A stretch of 64,000 nucleotides of DNA. Source: Pseudomonadota bacterium (GTDB taxonomy: Bacteria; Pseudomonadota; Alphaproteobacteria; Paracaedibacterales; CAITNM01). Below the pieces are notes generated by a model, which made no database searches, was not told the origin of the DNA, and was given only the letters and a program-made list of their open reading frames with translations. Positions 8,412 to 16,358 of this stretch are shown here, piece by piece; within the stretch, counting starts at the first letter, position 1, and each line of letters opens with the position of its first letter. The stretch spans positions 170,493 to 234,492 of the forward strand of contig JAGOSL010000001.1 of assembly GCA_018062345.1 (NCBI GenBank), given 5' to 3'. A program made the position numbers and the translations under genes.

Positions 8412-8615
8412 CTAGCTCTTAAATTCCAAAATATCACCAGGTTGGCAATCTAGAGCTTTGCAAATGGCTTCAAGGGTTGAAAATCGCATAGCTTTTGCCT
8501 TGCCTGTTTTTAAAATTGAAAGATTTTGAACAGTAATATCAACGGTTTCGCTTAAATCTTGCAGCTTCATTTTCCGACGTGCCAGCATAACATCTAAGTT
8601 TACAATAATAGGCAT
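8412..8615 (-). CDS. XRE/Cro-type HTH transcriptional regulator (YozG-like)
   Basis: 67 aa. MLARRKMKLQDLSETVDITVQNLSILKTGKAKAMRFSTLEAICKALDCQPGDILEF is the typical short-HTH family. Confidence 0.8.
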   Translation of the reverse strand: MPIIVNLDVMLARRKMKLQDLSETVDITVQNLSILKTGKAKAMRFSTLEAICKALDCQPGDILEFKS

Positions 8616-8625
8616 GATGGCTCCT

Positions 8626-9192
8626 TTATACTGTTAGCTGGTTTTCGTCTTGCAAGTTTTGCGCTTCTTGCATAACTAGTGAAATGACAATAAGCAAGAT
8701 CCCAGAAGCTATTGCTTCAAAGTTTGGAGTGCCGAGGCTTACACTAATCCATCGATGGCCAGGAGGGTTTGACAAAGTTGCTGCGGTCGTCATCAAAGCT
8801 TGAACTATTGGAAGAATGAAAATTCCATTTAAAAATGCTAACCAACCAATCCTTTTATATATCTGAGTATTTTCATGCGTGAATATACTTTTTTGTTCAT
8901 AGGCGGCAAATAGTTTTTTAAGAAGTATGTAGCCTAAAATATAAGGAAGCACTTCTAATAACTGACCGAGACAGCCAATAAATTTTGATAAAGGTGTAAG
9001 TTTAATGTTGGCAAAATTAACAATGCCTTCTGGGGTTGTAATTGCCGACATAAAATACTCTTGGCGAATTGCTTCGTTAATTGGTGGCCATTCAATGCAT
9101 AACCATAGAATGATAATGAATGGAGCTGTGCTTACCGCTAGACTGTGGAAGACCTTTTTTAAATATTGGCTTAGTTTTTGCAGGTTTTTCAT
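8626..9192 (-). CDS. DUF2975-like integral membrane protein
   Basis: About 4 TM segments, sitting immediately upstream of the YozG-type HTH on the same strand. This pairing is conserved for the DUF2975 family (recalled, not searched). Confidence 0.5.
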   Translation of the reverse strand: MKNLQKLSQYLKKVFHSLAVSTAPFIIILWLCIEWPPINEAIRQEYFMSAITTPEGIVNFANIKLTPLSKFIGCLGQLLEVLPYILGYILLKKLFAAYEQKSIFTHENTQIYKRIGWLAFLNGIFILPIVQALMTTAATLSNPPGHRWISVSLGTPNFEAIASGILLIVISLVMQEAQNLQDENQLTV

Positions 9193-9277
9193 AAGTAATT
9201 TAGATTAAAGTTAATAAGTGTATTTTACAAAGAAAATATTTTTAGTCAATAAAAAATTAACGATTTTCGATAAAATA

Positions 9278-9955
9278 TTAATGATTAATTACAAAAATAT
9301 CTAAAAATCCTGAGATGTGGGCGCACTCTTGTAAAAATTTGCTTGGTACAAAACATGGTACATGTTCTGCATTAATATCTTTGGCTATGCATAAGTCTAC
9401 AAAGCCATAAAGTGCCATTTCAGAGTTGATAACGACAGCGTCGATGGCGTTATTGCGCAGCGCTTCTTCAATGTTTTGATGAAATGCAGTGCTGGGTTTG
9501 GTTGTGTATAAAATGACTTTGCTGGTTTGAAAGCCGCAGTTGTGTAGAATTTCAGCTACATCATGCCGCAGATGATTACCGCACCCAAAGATGATTGGCC
9601 CATCTTCTGGATTTAAATTTTCTTTAATCCATTCAATCAGGCTTAAAGCTGAAGGGTAAGCTTTATTGGAGGGTGATATGCTATTTTCAAACCCTATAGC
9701 TTTTGCTTTTAAGGCGGTGGCGTTGCCAACGGCGTACACGGGAAGAGAGCGATCCCAATCAGAGCTTTCAAGTGCCAATGCTGCATTGCTAGAGGTTATA
9801 ACAATTGCTTGTGGGGTAATATTGAGTGGTTCAATGGGTGAAAATTCTACATCTAACAACGACTGATGGAGAATTTTTGTGTATCCACAGTGATTCCAGA
9901 ATTTTGTCTCTTTGTCTGAGGGGGGGCGTGTTTGGGTAAGTAAAATGCTTTTCAT
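9278..9955 (-). CDS. hemD: uroporphyrinogen-III synthase
   Basis: 225 aa. ILLTQTRP start, VITSSNAA and YAVGNATALKAKAIGF are typical of the HemD two-lobe pattern. Confidence 0.55.
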   Translation of the reverse strand: MKSILLTQTRPPSDKETKFWNHCGYTKILHQSLLDVEFSPIEPLNITPQAIVITSSNAALALESSDWDRSLPVYAVGNATALKAKAIGFENSISPSNKAYPSALSLIEWIKENLNPEDGPIIFGCGNHLRHDVAEILHNCGFQTSKVILYTTKPSTAFHQNIEEALRNNAIDAVVINSEMALYGFVDLCIAKDINAEHVPCFVPSKFLQECAHISGFLDIFVINH

Positions 9956-10093
9956 GGGTTGAGTATGCGCATACTTTGCATTTTTAAAAAAGGATTTTTT
10001 AAATCATAATAGTTCGGGTTATTTATCTCTCTGTACAAACTTCAAAATCTCTGTGATATTACGCGCATAGCAGACTTAATTTGTAGGCATATC

Positions 10094-10990
10094 ATGGATT
10101 GGGATAGATTAAGAGTTTTTCATATAGTTGCGCAGGCGGGTAGTCTAACAGAAGCTGGGCATGCCCTGAATGTTAGCCAATCTGCAGTAAGTCGCCAGGT
10201 CAGCAGTCTTGAGGCAAGTATCGGCGTAAGTTTGTTTAATCGCCATGCTCGTGGTTTGGTGCTGACTGAACAAGGTGAACATTTATTTAGAATCACGCGT
10301 ATTATTTTTGCACAAGTGAATGCCATTGGCACGGTTATTAGTGAATCGCGAGATGGCTTATCAGGTAGCTTAAGAATTGCCACGACAATTGGAATTGGCT
10401 CAGTTTGGTTGGCATCACGCCTGAAGAAATTTACCCAAGCGTACCCAAAGCTGCGACTAAATATACATTTAACTGACGAAGGTGTAGACTTTACTATGCG
10501 TGAGGCGGATGTTTCGATTAATTATAATGAAGCATTGCCAACCGAAGATGTGACTCAAAAAGAATTGGCAACAATTCGCATGAGTGTTTATGCCAGCAAA
10601 GAATATGTTCAAAATTATGGAATGCCAAAAAAGCCAGAAGAGCTTGATCAGCATCGCCTAATTACGTTTGGTGAAGCAGGGGCGCCGGTTGCTAATGCAA
10701 GCTGGTTATTGCGTTTTGGAACACAGCCAGGGGTGTTGCGGGTGCCGTACCTATCTATCAATAATGCTTTTGGAATGTTACAGGCAGTAAAAGCAGGTAT
10801 TGGTATTGCAATTTTGGCCGATTTTATTGCAGCAGACCATGATGATTTGGTTGAGTTGTTTAGCGATATTCAAACTCCGACCATGACAATGTATATGACT
10901 TATCCTAAAGCGCTGGATGGCCTGGGGCGGATTCGTGCCTTATATGAATTCATTAAGGCAGAGCTGAATAAAAAATCAAAGTCAAAATAG
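10094..10990 (+). CDS. LysR family transcriptional regulator
   Basis: N-terminal wHTH LRVFHIVAQAGSLTEAGHALNVSQSAVSRQVSSLE plus a LysR substrate-binding domain. Length is 298 aa. Confidence 0.9.
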   Translation: MDWDRLRVFHIVAQAGSLTEAGHALNVSQSAVSRQVSSLEASIGVSLFNRHARGLVLTEQGEHLFRITRIIFAQVNAIGTVISESRDGLSGSLRIATTIGIGSVWLASRLKKFTQAYPKLRLNIHLTDEGVDFTMREADVSINYNEALPTEDVTQKELATIRMSVYASKEYVQNYGMPKKPEELDQHRLITFGEAGAPVANASWLLRFGTQPGVLRVPYLSINNAFGMLQAVKAGIGIAILADFIAADHDDLVELFSDIQTPTMTMYMTYPKALDGLGRIRALYEFIKAELNKKSKSK

Positions 10991-11020
10991 GGCAGTTTAA
11001 AGCTTAATATCTTTGGGTGT

Positions 11021-11452
11021 TTATGGCAAAGTCCAATTTTCAAGTGGAAGATTTTGGATATAAGAAAAATGCTTTGTATTGTTCGTAACTAAGGTTAAAG
11101 ATTGGCTTAAAGCATGAGCTGCAATTAAGGTATCCATAACCCCTATATCTTTTCCTTGCAGCAAAAGCTCAGTTCTGACTTTTCCATAAAGCCATGCCGC
11201 CTCTTCGTCAAACTCTAGAACGACAAAAGCGGTAAGCATATGTTCAATGGCATTGATGAGTTTTTCTTGTTTTGGTGTGTTTTTGTTTTTAAGGTTTTCC
11301 AAGCCTCTAGAGACTTCTGCTACAGAAATTACTGAGATCGCAATACTTCCTTCGGGTTCTTTTAGCAGACGTTGAAAAATATTTTTATGAAAAGTGTCAG
11401 TCTTTTTTACTAAATAGCTTAGAGTATCAGTATCCAGCAGGTAGCGAATCAA
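11021..11452 (-). CDS. vapC: type II toxin VapC (PIN-domain ribonuclease)
   Basis: MIRYLLDTDTLSY (first acidic residue), EVSRG, MDTLIAAHA and LVTNNTKHF. It has a 4-nt overlap with the upstream antitoxin. Confidence 0.85.
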   Translation of the reverse strand: MIRYLLDTDTLSYLVKKTDTFHKNIFQRLLKEPEGSIAISVISVAEVSRGLENLKNKNTPKQEKLINAIEHMLTAFVVLEFDEEAAWLYGKVRTELLLQGKDIGVMDTLIAAHALSQSLTLVTNNTKHFSYIQNLPLENWTLP

Positions 11453-11691
11453 AATAGGTTTGCCTTATCTGTATAATCTGGTGCATCGCGGAGAATTTCT
11501 AAATCGTCTGGCAATGCTGCTAAACTTTCTAACAAAGGTTTCCATGAAAGATTAACAGGCTCTAAAATGACTTTATTGCCGCATTTATGGATATAAACAC
11601 TTGAAGTATCTTTAAAACTAAACTTCTTTGGTAAGCGCACAGCTTGGCTTCCTCCGGTGATAAATAATTTTGCTGACTCAAAATTAAGCAT
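11449..11691 (-). CDS. vapB: type II antitoxin VapB (AbrB/SpoVT fold)
   Basis: 80 aa. AKLFITGGSQAVRLPKKF is the swapped-hairpin motif, and the gene is coupled to vapC. Confidence 0.8.
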   Translation of the reverse strand: MLNFESAKLFITGGSQAVRLPKKFSFKDTSSVYIHKCGNKVILEPVNLSWKPLLESLAALPDDLEILRDAPDYTDKANLF

Positions 11692-11801
11692 ACTGACCTC
11701 AAGAATATATGTACTTTATGTATATACAAAAAGTACTAATTTGTCAAGAATTAATATGAGCAAAAGACATTACCCATAAGTAACAACGGATATTAATCAC
11801 T

Positions 11802-11842
11802 GGATTCCATGCCTCCTTCGGAAGGTTCTGAATGACGAGTTG
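11802..11842 (+). repeat. GC-rich hairpin repeat, copy A
   Basis: GGATTCCATGCCTCCTTCGGAAGGTTCTGAATGACGAGTTG. The hairpin closes on a C(UUCG)G tetraloop. It lies about 150 nt upstream of the amidinotransferase. Confidence 0.5.
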
Positions 11843-11997
11843 GCTGGTTAGATTATCCATAAAATTTCTATAATATTGTCATGGATGCTATTTAAACACA
11901 TTAAATTTGAAATTTAAAAATTGGTTTTGGGGTTTTGTTTGCCATATTGATCGAATTTAGATAAGTTGACCTATCATTTTTGATAGGTAGCTGAATA

Positions 11998-13191
11998 ATG
12001 CGTCATGGCGAGTTAGCTCAGGATTTAATTTCTAATGTTGCACCAGCACGCGCCATTAATAGTTATGATGAGTGGTCTTCTTTAAAAGAGGTTATAGTTG
12101 GTTCACCCTTAAGCTATGAAGCGAATGAGTTGGATTTATCGTTTAAGGTTTTTTATGCAGATACTGCGTATTCATCTTTTGGCTATCCTACCTATAAAAA
12201 AAAGAGCGATAATTCAGCTTGTTTGGAGCAAGCAAAAAAACGAGCAATTAACAAAAGGTATTTAGAAGAACTAAATGAAGATGTTGAAGGCTTTGTTGAT
12301 GCTTTAGAAAAAGAAGGAGTTAAAGTTTTTAGGCCTATTGCCTTGAAAGAAGCGACAGAATTTAAAACACCCTATTGGAATGCGACAGGTATTCCGGCGT
12401 TGAACGTGCGTGATCAGGCAATTATATTCGGTGATGAGCTGGTTGAAACAAGCCCGCAAGTTAGGGCGCGTTATTTTGAAAGTGATCTTTTAAAGCCAAT
12501 TTTCTACCGCTATTTTAACTTAGGTTCTAAATGGACGTGTATGCCAAAACCAGTAATGACAGATCATTCTTTCGATTTATCATATGCTAAAGATATAAAA
12601 AGAGAGATGGTTGCTACAGAAGTTCTTTTTCAGCAATCTCGTTCTGATTTTGATGTGGGGTTTGAGATATTATTTGACGGTGCGCAGTGTATTCGTTTTG
12701 GTAAAGACGTGCTCGTTAATGTGACGACTCAGAATCATGAGTTGGGTTTTGAGTGGTTGCAGCAGCATTTGGGATCAAAATTTAGGCTTCATAAAGTTTT
12801 TAAATTAACTGATAATCATATCGACAGCATGATTTTACCTTTGCGTCCAGGTACGCTTTTGTTACGCAGTGCCAAATATTTAAAATTTTTGCCTGATTTT
12901 TTGAGAAAATGGGATATTATTTACCCACCAGAACCCCAATTAAATATTTTTCCAAATTATGAAAGCGATGATTTGGTGTTAACCAGTAAGTATATTGATT
13001 TAAACGTATTGTCACTTGATGAAAATAAAGTGGTAGTGAATTCTTTATTTCCTGAACTTATTGCCACCTTAGAAAAAAATGGATTTACCGTGATTCCGGT
13101 TCGGCATCGACACCGGCGAATTTTTGGAGGAGGATTTCACTGTTTTACCCTAGATACGGTAAGAGAAAGTTCCTTAGAAGATTATAGATAA
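11998..13191 (+). CDS. amidinotransferase (glycine/inosamine amidinotransferase, GATM/StrB1-like)
   Basis: 397 aa. HIDSMILPLRPGTLLL is present. The C-terminal catalytic-Cys region FGGGFHCFTLDTVRESSLEDYR closely resembles the GGGFHCWTCD end of AGAT-type enzymes as I recall them. Confidence 0.75.
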   Translation: MRHGELAQDLISNVAPARAINSYDEWSSLKEVIVGSPLSYEANELDLSFKVFYADTAYSSFGYPTYKKKSDNSACLEQAKKRAINKRYLEELNEDVEGFVDALEKEGVKVFRPIALKEATEFKTPYWNATGIPALNVRDQAIIFGDELVETSPQVRARYFESDLLKPIFYRYFNLGSKWTCMPKPVMTDHSFDLSYAKDIKREMVATEVLFQQSRSDFDVGFEILFDGAQCIRFGKDVLVNVTTQNHELGFEWLQQHLGSKFRLHKVFKLTDNHIDSMILPLRPGTLLLRSAKYLKFLPDFLRKWDIIYPPEPQLNIFPNYESDDLVLTSKYIDLNVLSLDENKVVVNSLFPELIATLEKNGFTVIPVRHRHRRIFGGGFHCFTLDTVRESSLEDYR

Positions 13192-13287
13192 ACTAATTCA
13201 GAATTCATCATATTGAAAAGAGTAAGCATCGTCTGGTTGTAGGCCTGAAACTTAGAAAGTATCCCATTACTATTGATCTTACCCACC

Positions 13288-13337
13288 AGATCATGCCCTC
13301 GTTGGGGGCTAAGGATGAAGCGTTTTAAAGCAGTTTG
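13288..13337 (+). repeat. GC-rich hairpin repeat, copy B
   Basis: AGATCATGCCCTCGTTGGGGGCTAAGGATGAAGCG...CAGTTTG. The hairpin is GCCCTC-GTT-GGGGGC. It lies between the amidinotransferase and the HK. Confidence 0.5.
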
Positions 13338-13394
13338 ACTTATTAAAAAATAGGAATATCTTATACGTTAATGTGAATAAAAAGGCAAAATAAA

Positions 13395-14657
13395 ATGCTT
13401 GAAAAGATTTTATCTTTTTCTGCAAAACGTGTTGAGCTGTTTGGTGCTCAATATAAAGCTTATGGAACCTTGGGTCTTATTAATTTTCCAGTGGCATACT
13501 TTATTTTGCATAACGCTATGCACCAGGATGAGAGTATAGGGCTGCGTTTATGCGCTGCTGTTTTATGTGTGCCTTTGGCTTTTCATACATACCTGCCTGA
13601 AAAATTTAAACCCTACCTTCCTTTGTATTGGCATGGAGTTCTAACGTATAGTTTTCCATTTTTTTGTACTTATATGCTTTTGAAAAATAATGTCTCTTTA
13701 GGATGGCTTACCAATGCGTCGCTAGCACTATTTATTTTTATACTGTTGGTTGATTGGTTAATGTTTGCCATTATTGTTTTTTTTGGAGCAGGGTTAGGGA
13801 TTGCGGCATATGCCATTTTCCATGGCTTTGCGAATTTTTATGTGCAGGCAAGTACAGATGATATTTCGCTAGCATGTAATCAATATTCTTTCATCATTAT
13901 TGTGGGGATTTTTTTCTCACGACATAAAGAGATTGTGAAACTTAAAGAAAGGCTTTGCTCAATGGAAAGTCTTGCGGCAACTATCGCTCATGAGCTGCGC
14001 ACGCCGCTGGCAAGTATTGCCATGGTAGGTGAATTGCTGAAAAAGCAGCTGCCTGTTCTTGAATCAGGGGCAAAGGGGGAAGAGCTGCAAAAGGCGTTAA
14101 AATTAATAGCATCAGTGCCTGAACGAATAAGCACAACAACACGCAACGCGTTTACGGTTATTGATATGGTGCTGATGAACCTGAAGAAAAAGCCCGTGTC
14201 TCATGAGCATAAAAATTGCTTGATGAGCGAGTGTATTGAATCAGCATTGTATGAGTATCCTTTGGAGGAAAAGCAAAAGGAATTAATTCATTGGGACAAA
14301 AGTGTAGATTTTTCCTTCAAGGGGAATGAGCTGTATTTGAAGCATGTGTTGTTTAATTTATTGAAAAATGCCCTGTATTACATGCGTGCGGCGAATAAGG
14401 GGGAATTGTTTATTTGGCTGGAGAAGGGCGATAAATACAATTCGTTGTATTTTAAGGATACCAGCACCGGCATTGCACCAGAGGTTTTACCACATATCTT
14501 TGAAAGCTTTTATTCAAAGACCGCGAGAGGTACAGGTGTGGGGTTGGCATTTTGCAAATCGACGATGCGCGAATTTGGGGGAGATATTGTGTGTGAGTCT
14601 ATGGAGGGTGAGTTCACGACTTTTGTGCTGACGTTTCCGGTGGTGGAAGAGGATTGA
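13395..14657 (+). CDS. membrane sensor histidine kinase with about six closely packed TM helices (CqsS/LqsS-like architecture) and no receiver domain
   Basis: H-box ATIAHELRTPLASI, N-box FNLLKNALYY, G1 FKDTSTGIAPE and G2 GTGVGLAFCKS. The N-terminal 175 aa are almost entirely hydrophobic with minimal loops. Confidence 0.85.
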   Translation: MLEKILSFSAKRVELFGAQYKAYGTLGLINFPVAYFILHNAMHQDESIGLRLCAAVLCVPLAFHTYLPEKFKPYLPLYWHGVLTYSFPFFCTYMLLKNNVSLGWLTNASLALFIFILLVDWLMFAIIVFFGAGLGIAAYAIFHGFANFYVQASTDDISLACNQYSFIIIVGIFFSRHKEIVKLKERLCSMESLAATIAHELRTPLASIAMVGELLKKQLPVLESGAKGEELQKALKLIASVPERISTTTRNAFTVIDMVLMNLKKKPVSHEHKNCLMSECIESALYEYPLEEKQKELIHWDKSVDFSFKGNELYLKHVLFNLLKNALYYMRAANKGELFIWLEKGDKYNSLYFKDTSTGIAPEVLPHIFESFYSKTARGTGVGLAFCKSTMREFGGDIVCESMEGEFTTFVLTFPVVEED

Positions 14658-14669
14658 TGGTATAGGGTT

Positions 14670-14717
14670 GGATCTTCACGCCTTCTTTGAAGGCTCAGGA
14701 TGACGGTGAGAGAGTTG
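14670..14717 (+). repeat. GC-rich hairpin repeat, copy C
   Basis: GGATCTTCACGCCTTCTTTGAAGGCTCAGGATGACGGTGAGAGAGTTG. The hairpin is GCCTTC-TTT-GAAGGC. It starts 13 nt after the HK stop. Confidence 0.5.
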
Positions 14718-14759
14718 TGAGGGGACGCACACTTTACGATACCTTGCGTCAAGGAGTCA

Positions 14760-15737
14760 TCAAGCCGCTCTACTAAAGGCCTCAAATGATAAAATTTGTT
14801 TATTGTCTAGATCAAACCCTCCAGGGCCATACGCATAATAATAAAGCTGATTTCCTTGAAGTTGCTGCGCTGGTCTAACATATTGATACCAATTCGAAGG
14901 GTCAGGAATTTCTATTGTTGCATGATTGTGAAAACATAACATTTTCTTGTGTGCTTGCATCTCATCGAACAGGGGATCAAAGAGTTCATGTGAACTGGTA
15001 ATTGCGTCTAAGTGATCTTGTAAAAAAGTGAAAAGACTACTGGCCTCGCCTTTTTTATTTAAAAGCAAGAACGTTCCTGTGGTTTCATGAAGATAATATT
15101 CGACGATGTTATTTTCTTCAACAAGTTTGAAAAAAAGCTCAATAAATGCTGGGTCTTCTAAAGCGGTGGTTGATTTGTCAAAGGTTGCAGCAGTTGTAAT
15201 AAGGCTTGAGGTTTGTTGAAAGTAGGTGAGTTGAGCTTCGACGATAGCTTTTTTTAATTTCTTAATAGATTCAAATTCATGTTTTTTTATGTATGCTTGG
15301 ATAAGCCCCTGATTAAAAGCATCGATGGCAATGTGTTCATCTTCATCACCTGTCAAAAGAATGCGTTGAATCCATGGATTGTTAATTTTTGAGCAGAGTT
15401 CTATTCCTGTGATGCCAGGCATATGGTAGTCAACAATAATCGTTGAAAGCTGTTTGAAGCGATTGGGGTTATAAACTTCCTTGTACAAATCGTAGATATT
15501 AAAATCAAGGCGCACATGCTGCCATGCATCGGGGTTTGTTTGTTCAACAAGTTGATGAGAGAAAAGTGTGTTTTCTTGATGCGCGTTGATGGTCTCTAGG
15601 GCTTGAAAAGGGTTTTGACAAGGTATGTATGTTGATGTGTCTTCATCAAGGCAGGGGATAAGATTTTCAACTATGCTTTGATCATCGTCGATGATCATTA
15701 CTTGGCTGGGAAGAAAAGTACAAGGGATTTTTTTCAT
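14760..15737 (-). CDS. atypical response regulator: receiver domain with a large insertion plus an uncharacterised C-terminal domain of about 190 aa
   Basis: Acidic pocket MIIDDDQ, phospho-acceptor IIVDYHMPGITG, LLTGDED and YIKKH. About 50 extra residues lie between the acidic pocket and the acceptor Asp. No recognisable DNA-binding output is seen. Start moved to MKKIP. Confidence 0.75.
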   Translation of the reverse strand: MKKIPCTFLPSQVMIIDDDQSIVENLIPCLDEDTSTYIPCQNPFQALETINAHQENTLFSHQLVEQTNPDAWQHVRLDFNIYDLYKEVYNPNRFKQLSTIIVDYHMPGITGIELCSKINNPWIQRILLTGDEDEHIAIDAFNQGLIQAYIKKHEFESIKKLKKAIVEAQLTYFQQTSSLITTAATFDKSTTALEDPAFIELFFKLVEENNIVEYYLHETTGTFLLLNKKGEASSLFTFLQDHLDAITSSHELFDPLFDEMQAHKKMLCFHNHATIEIPDPSNWYQYVRPAQQLQGNQLYYYAYGPGGFDLDNKQILSFEAFSRAA

Positions 15738-16052
15738 AAGATTCAGTCCTTCTTGCAATGAAAGAAGCCAAATTATTCAAGACAGTCTATATAACATAAA
15801 AAAAATAACAACCTATAACTTTTTATAGGTAGCCATACATTTTTAATAAATTTTTCCGGTTCTGCTTTTGTTAGAAAAACTCAGGCAATGTCACGTGTTT
15901 TTCGCGTTAACGATCTAGTAATGCATTTTCACTATCTTTAATTCAATGCGCAGCAACATAGGTTACTGCGGGTAATTAACAAATTCTTTACACGATCTGT
16001 GGATGCAAAAAGGGTTTGTTTTTTGTGTTTAATCATTTTGATGGAGAAATTT

Positions 16053-16358
16053 ATGTATAAGAAATTTTTGTTAAGCTTAGCGTTCGTTGTGTCTTTATCA
16101 GCAAATTTTGATGATAAAAACGGAGAAGAATTTGAAACGAATTTTGGAACAGTGTATCGATCAAGTACAAAATTGTATGTGAACGTAAATGATGCAGGCG
16201 AAATAAAGAAGATGAACGCAAAAAAAGGTGGTCTGCTAGTTTTTAAGGGAGGTCAGAGCCTTGGTGAATTTACTTTTCCTGATAGGTTAGTATTGACACA
16301 TAACATGACAAGAGAGAAATTTGTGCAAGCACTTAGTAATTATTTGATTGATGATTAA
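16053..16358 (+). CDS. small secreted hypothetical protein
   Basis: Signal peptide MYKKFLLSLAFVVSLSA. RBS GGAG at 16043-16046. No family recognised. Confidence 0.5.
   Translation: MYKKFLLSLAFVVSLSANFDDKNGEEFETNFGTVYRSSTKLYVNVNDAGEIKKMNAKKGGLLVFKGGQSLGEFTFPDRLVLTHNMTREKFVQALSNYLIDD

Noticed and set aside
11692-11997. Possible guanidine riboswitch (ykkC / mini-ykkC / ykkC-III) upstream of the amidinotransferase
   Set aside because: It is attractive because of the guanidino chemistry. However, I see no tandem ACGR-tetraloop hairpins and no conserved ykkC core. The structured element present is the locus-specific repeat reported above, and it also occurs downstream of genes.
11802-14717. Interpretation of the three repeats as integron attC sites (cassette array next to a vapBC module)
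   Set aside because: The ORF-repeat-ORF-repeat layout resembles cassettes, and GTTAGAT / GTTGGAT strings fit GTTRRRY. However, there is no intI integrase or attI nearby, the elements lack the extended R''-L''/L'-R' imperfect inverted-repeat structure, and the GTTRRRY-like strings are on different sides of the hairpin in different copies.
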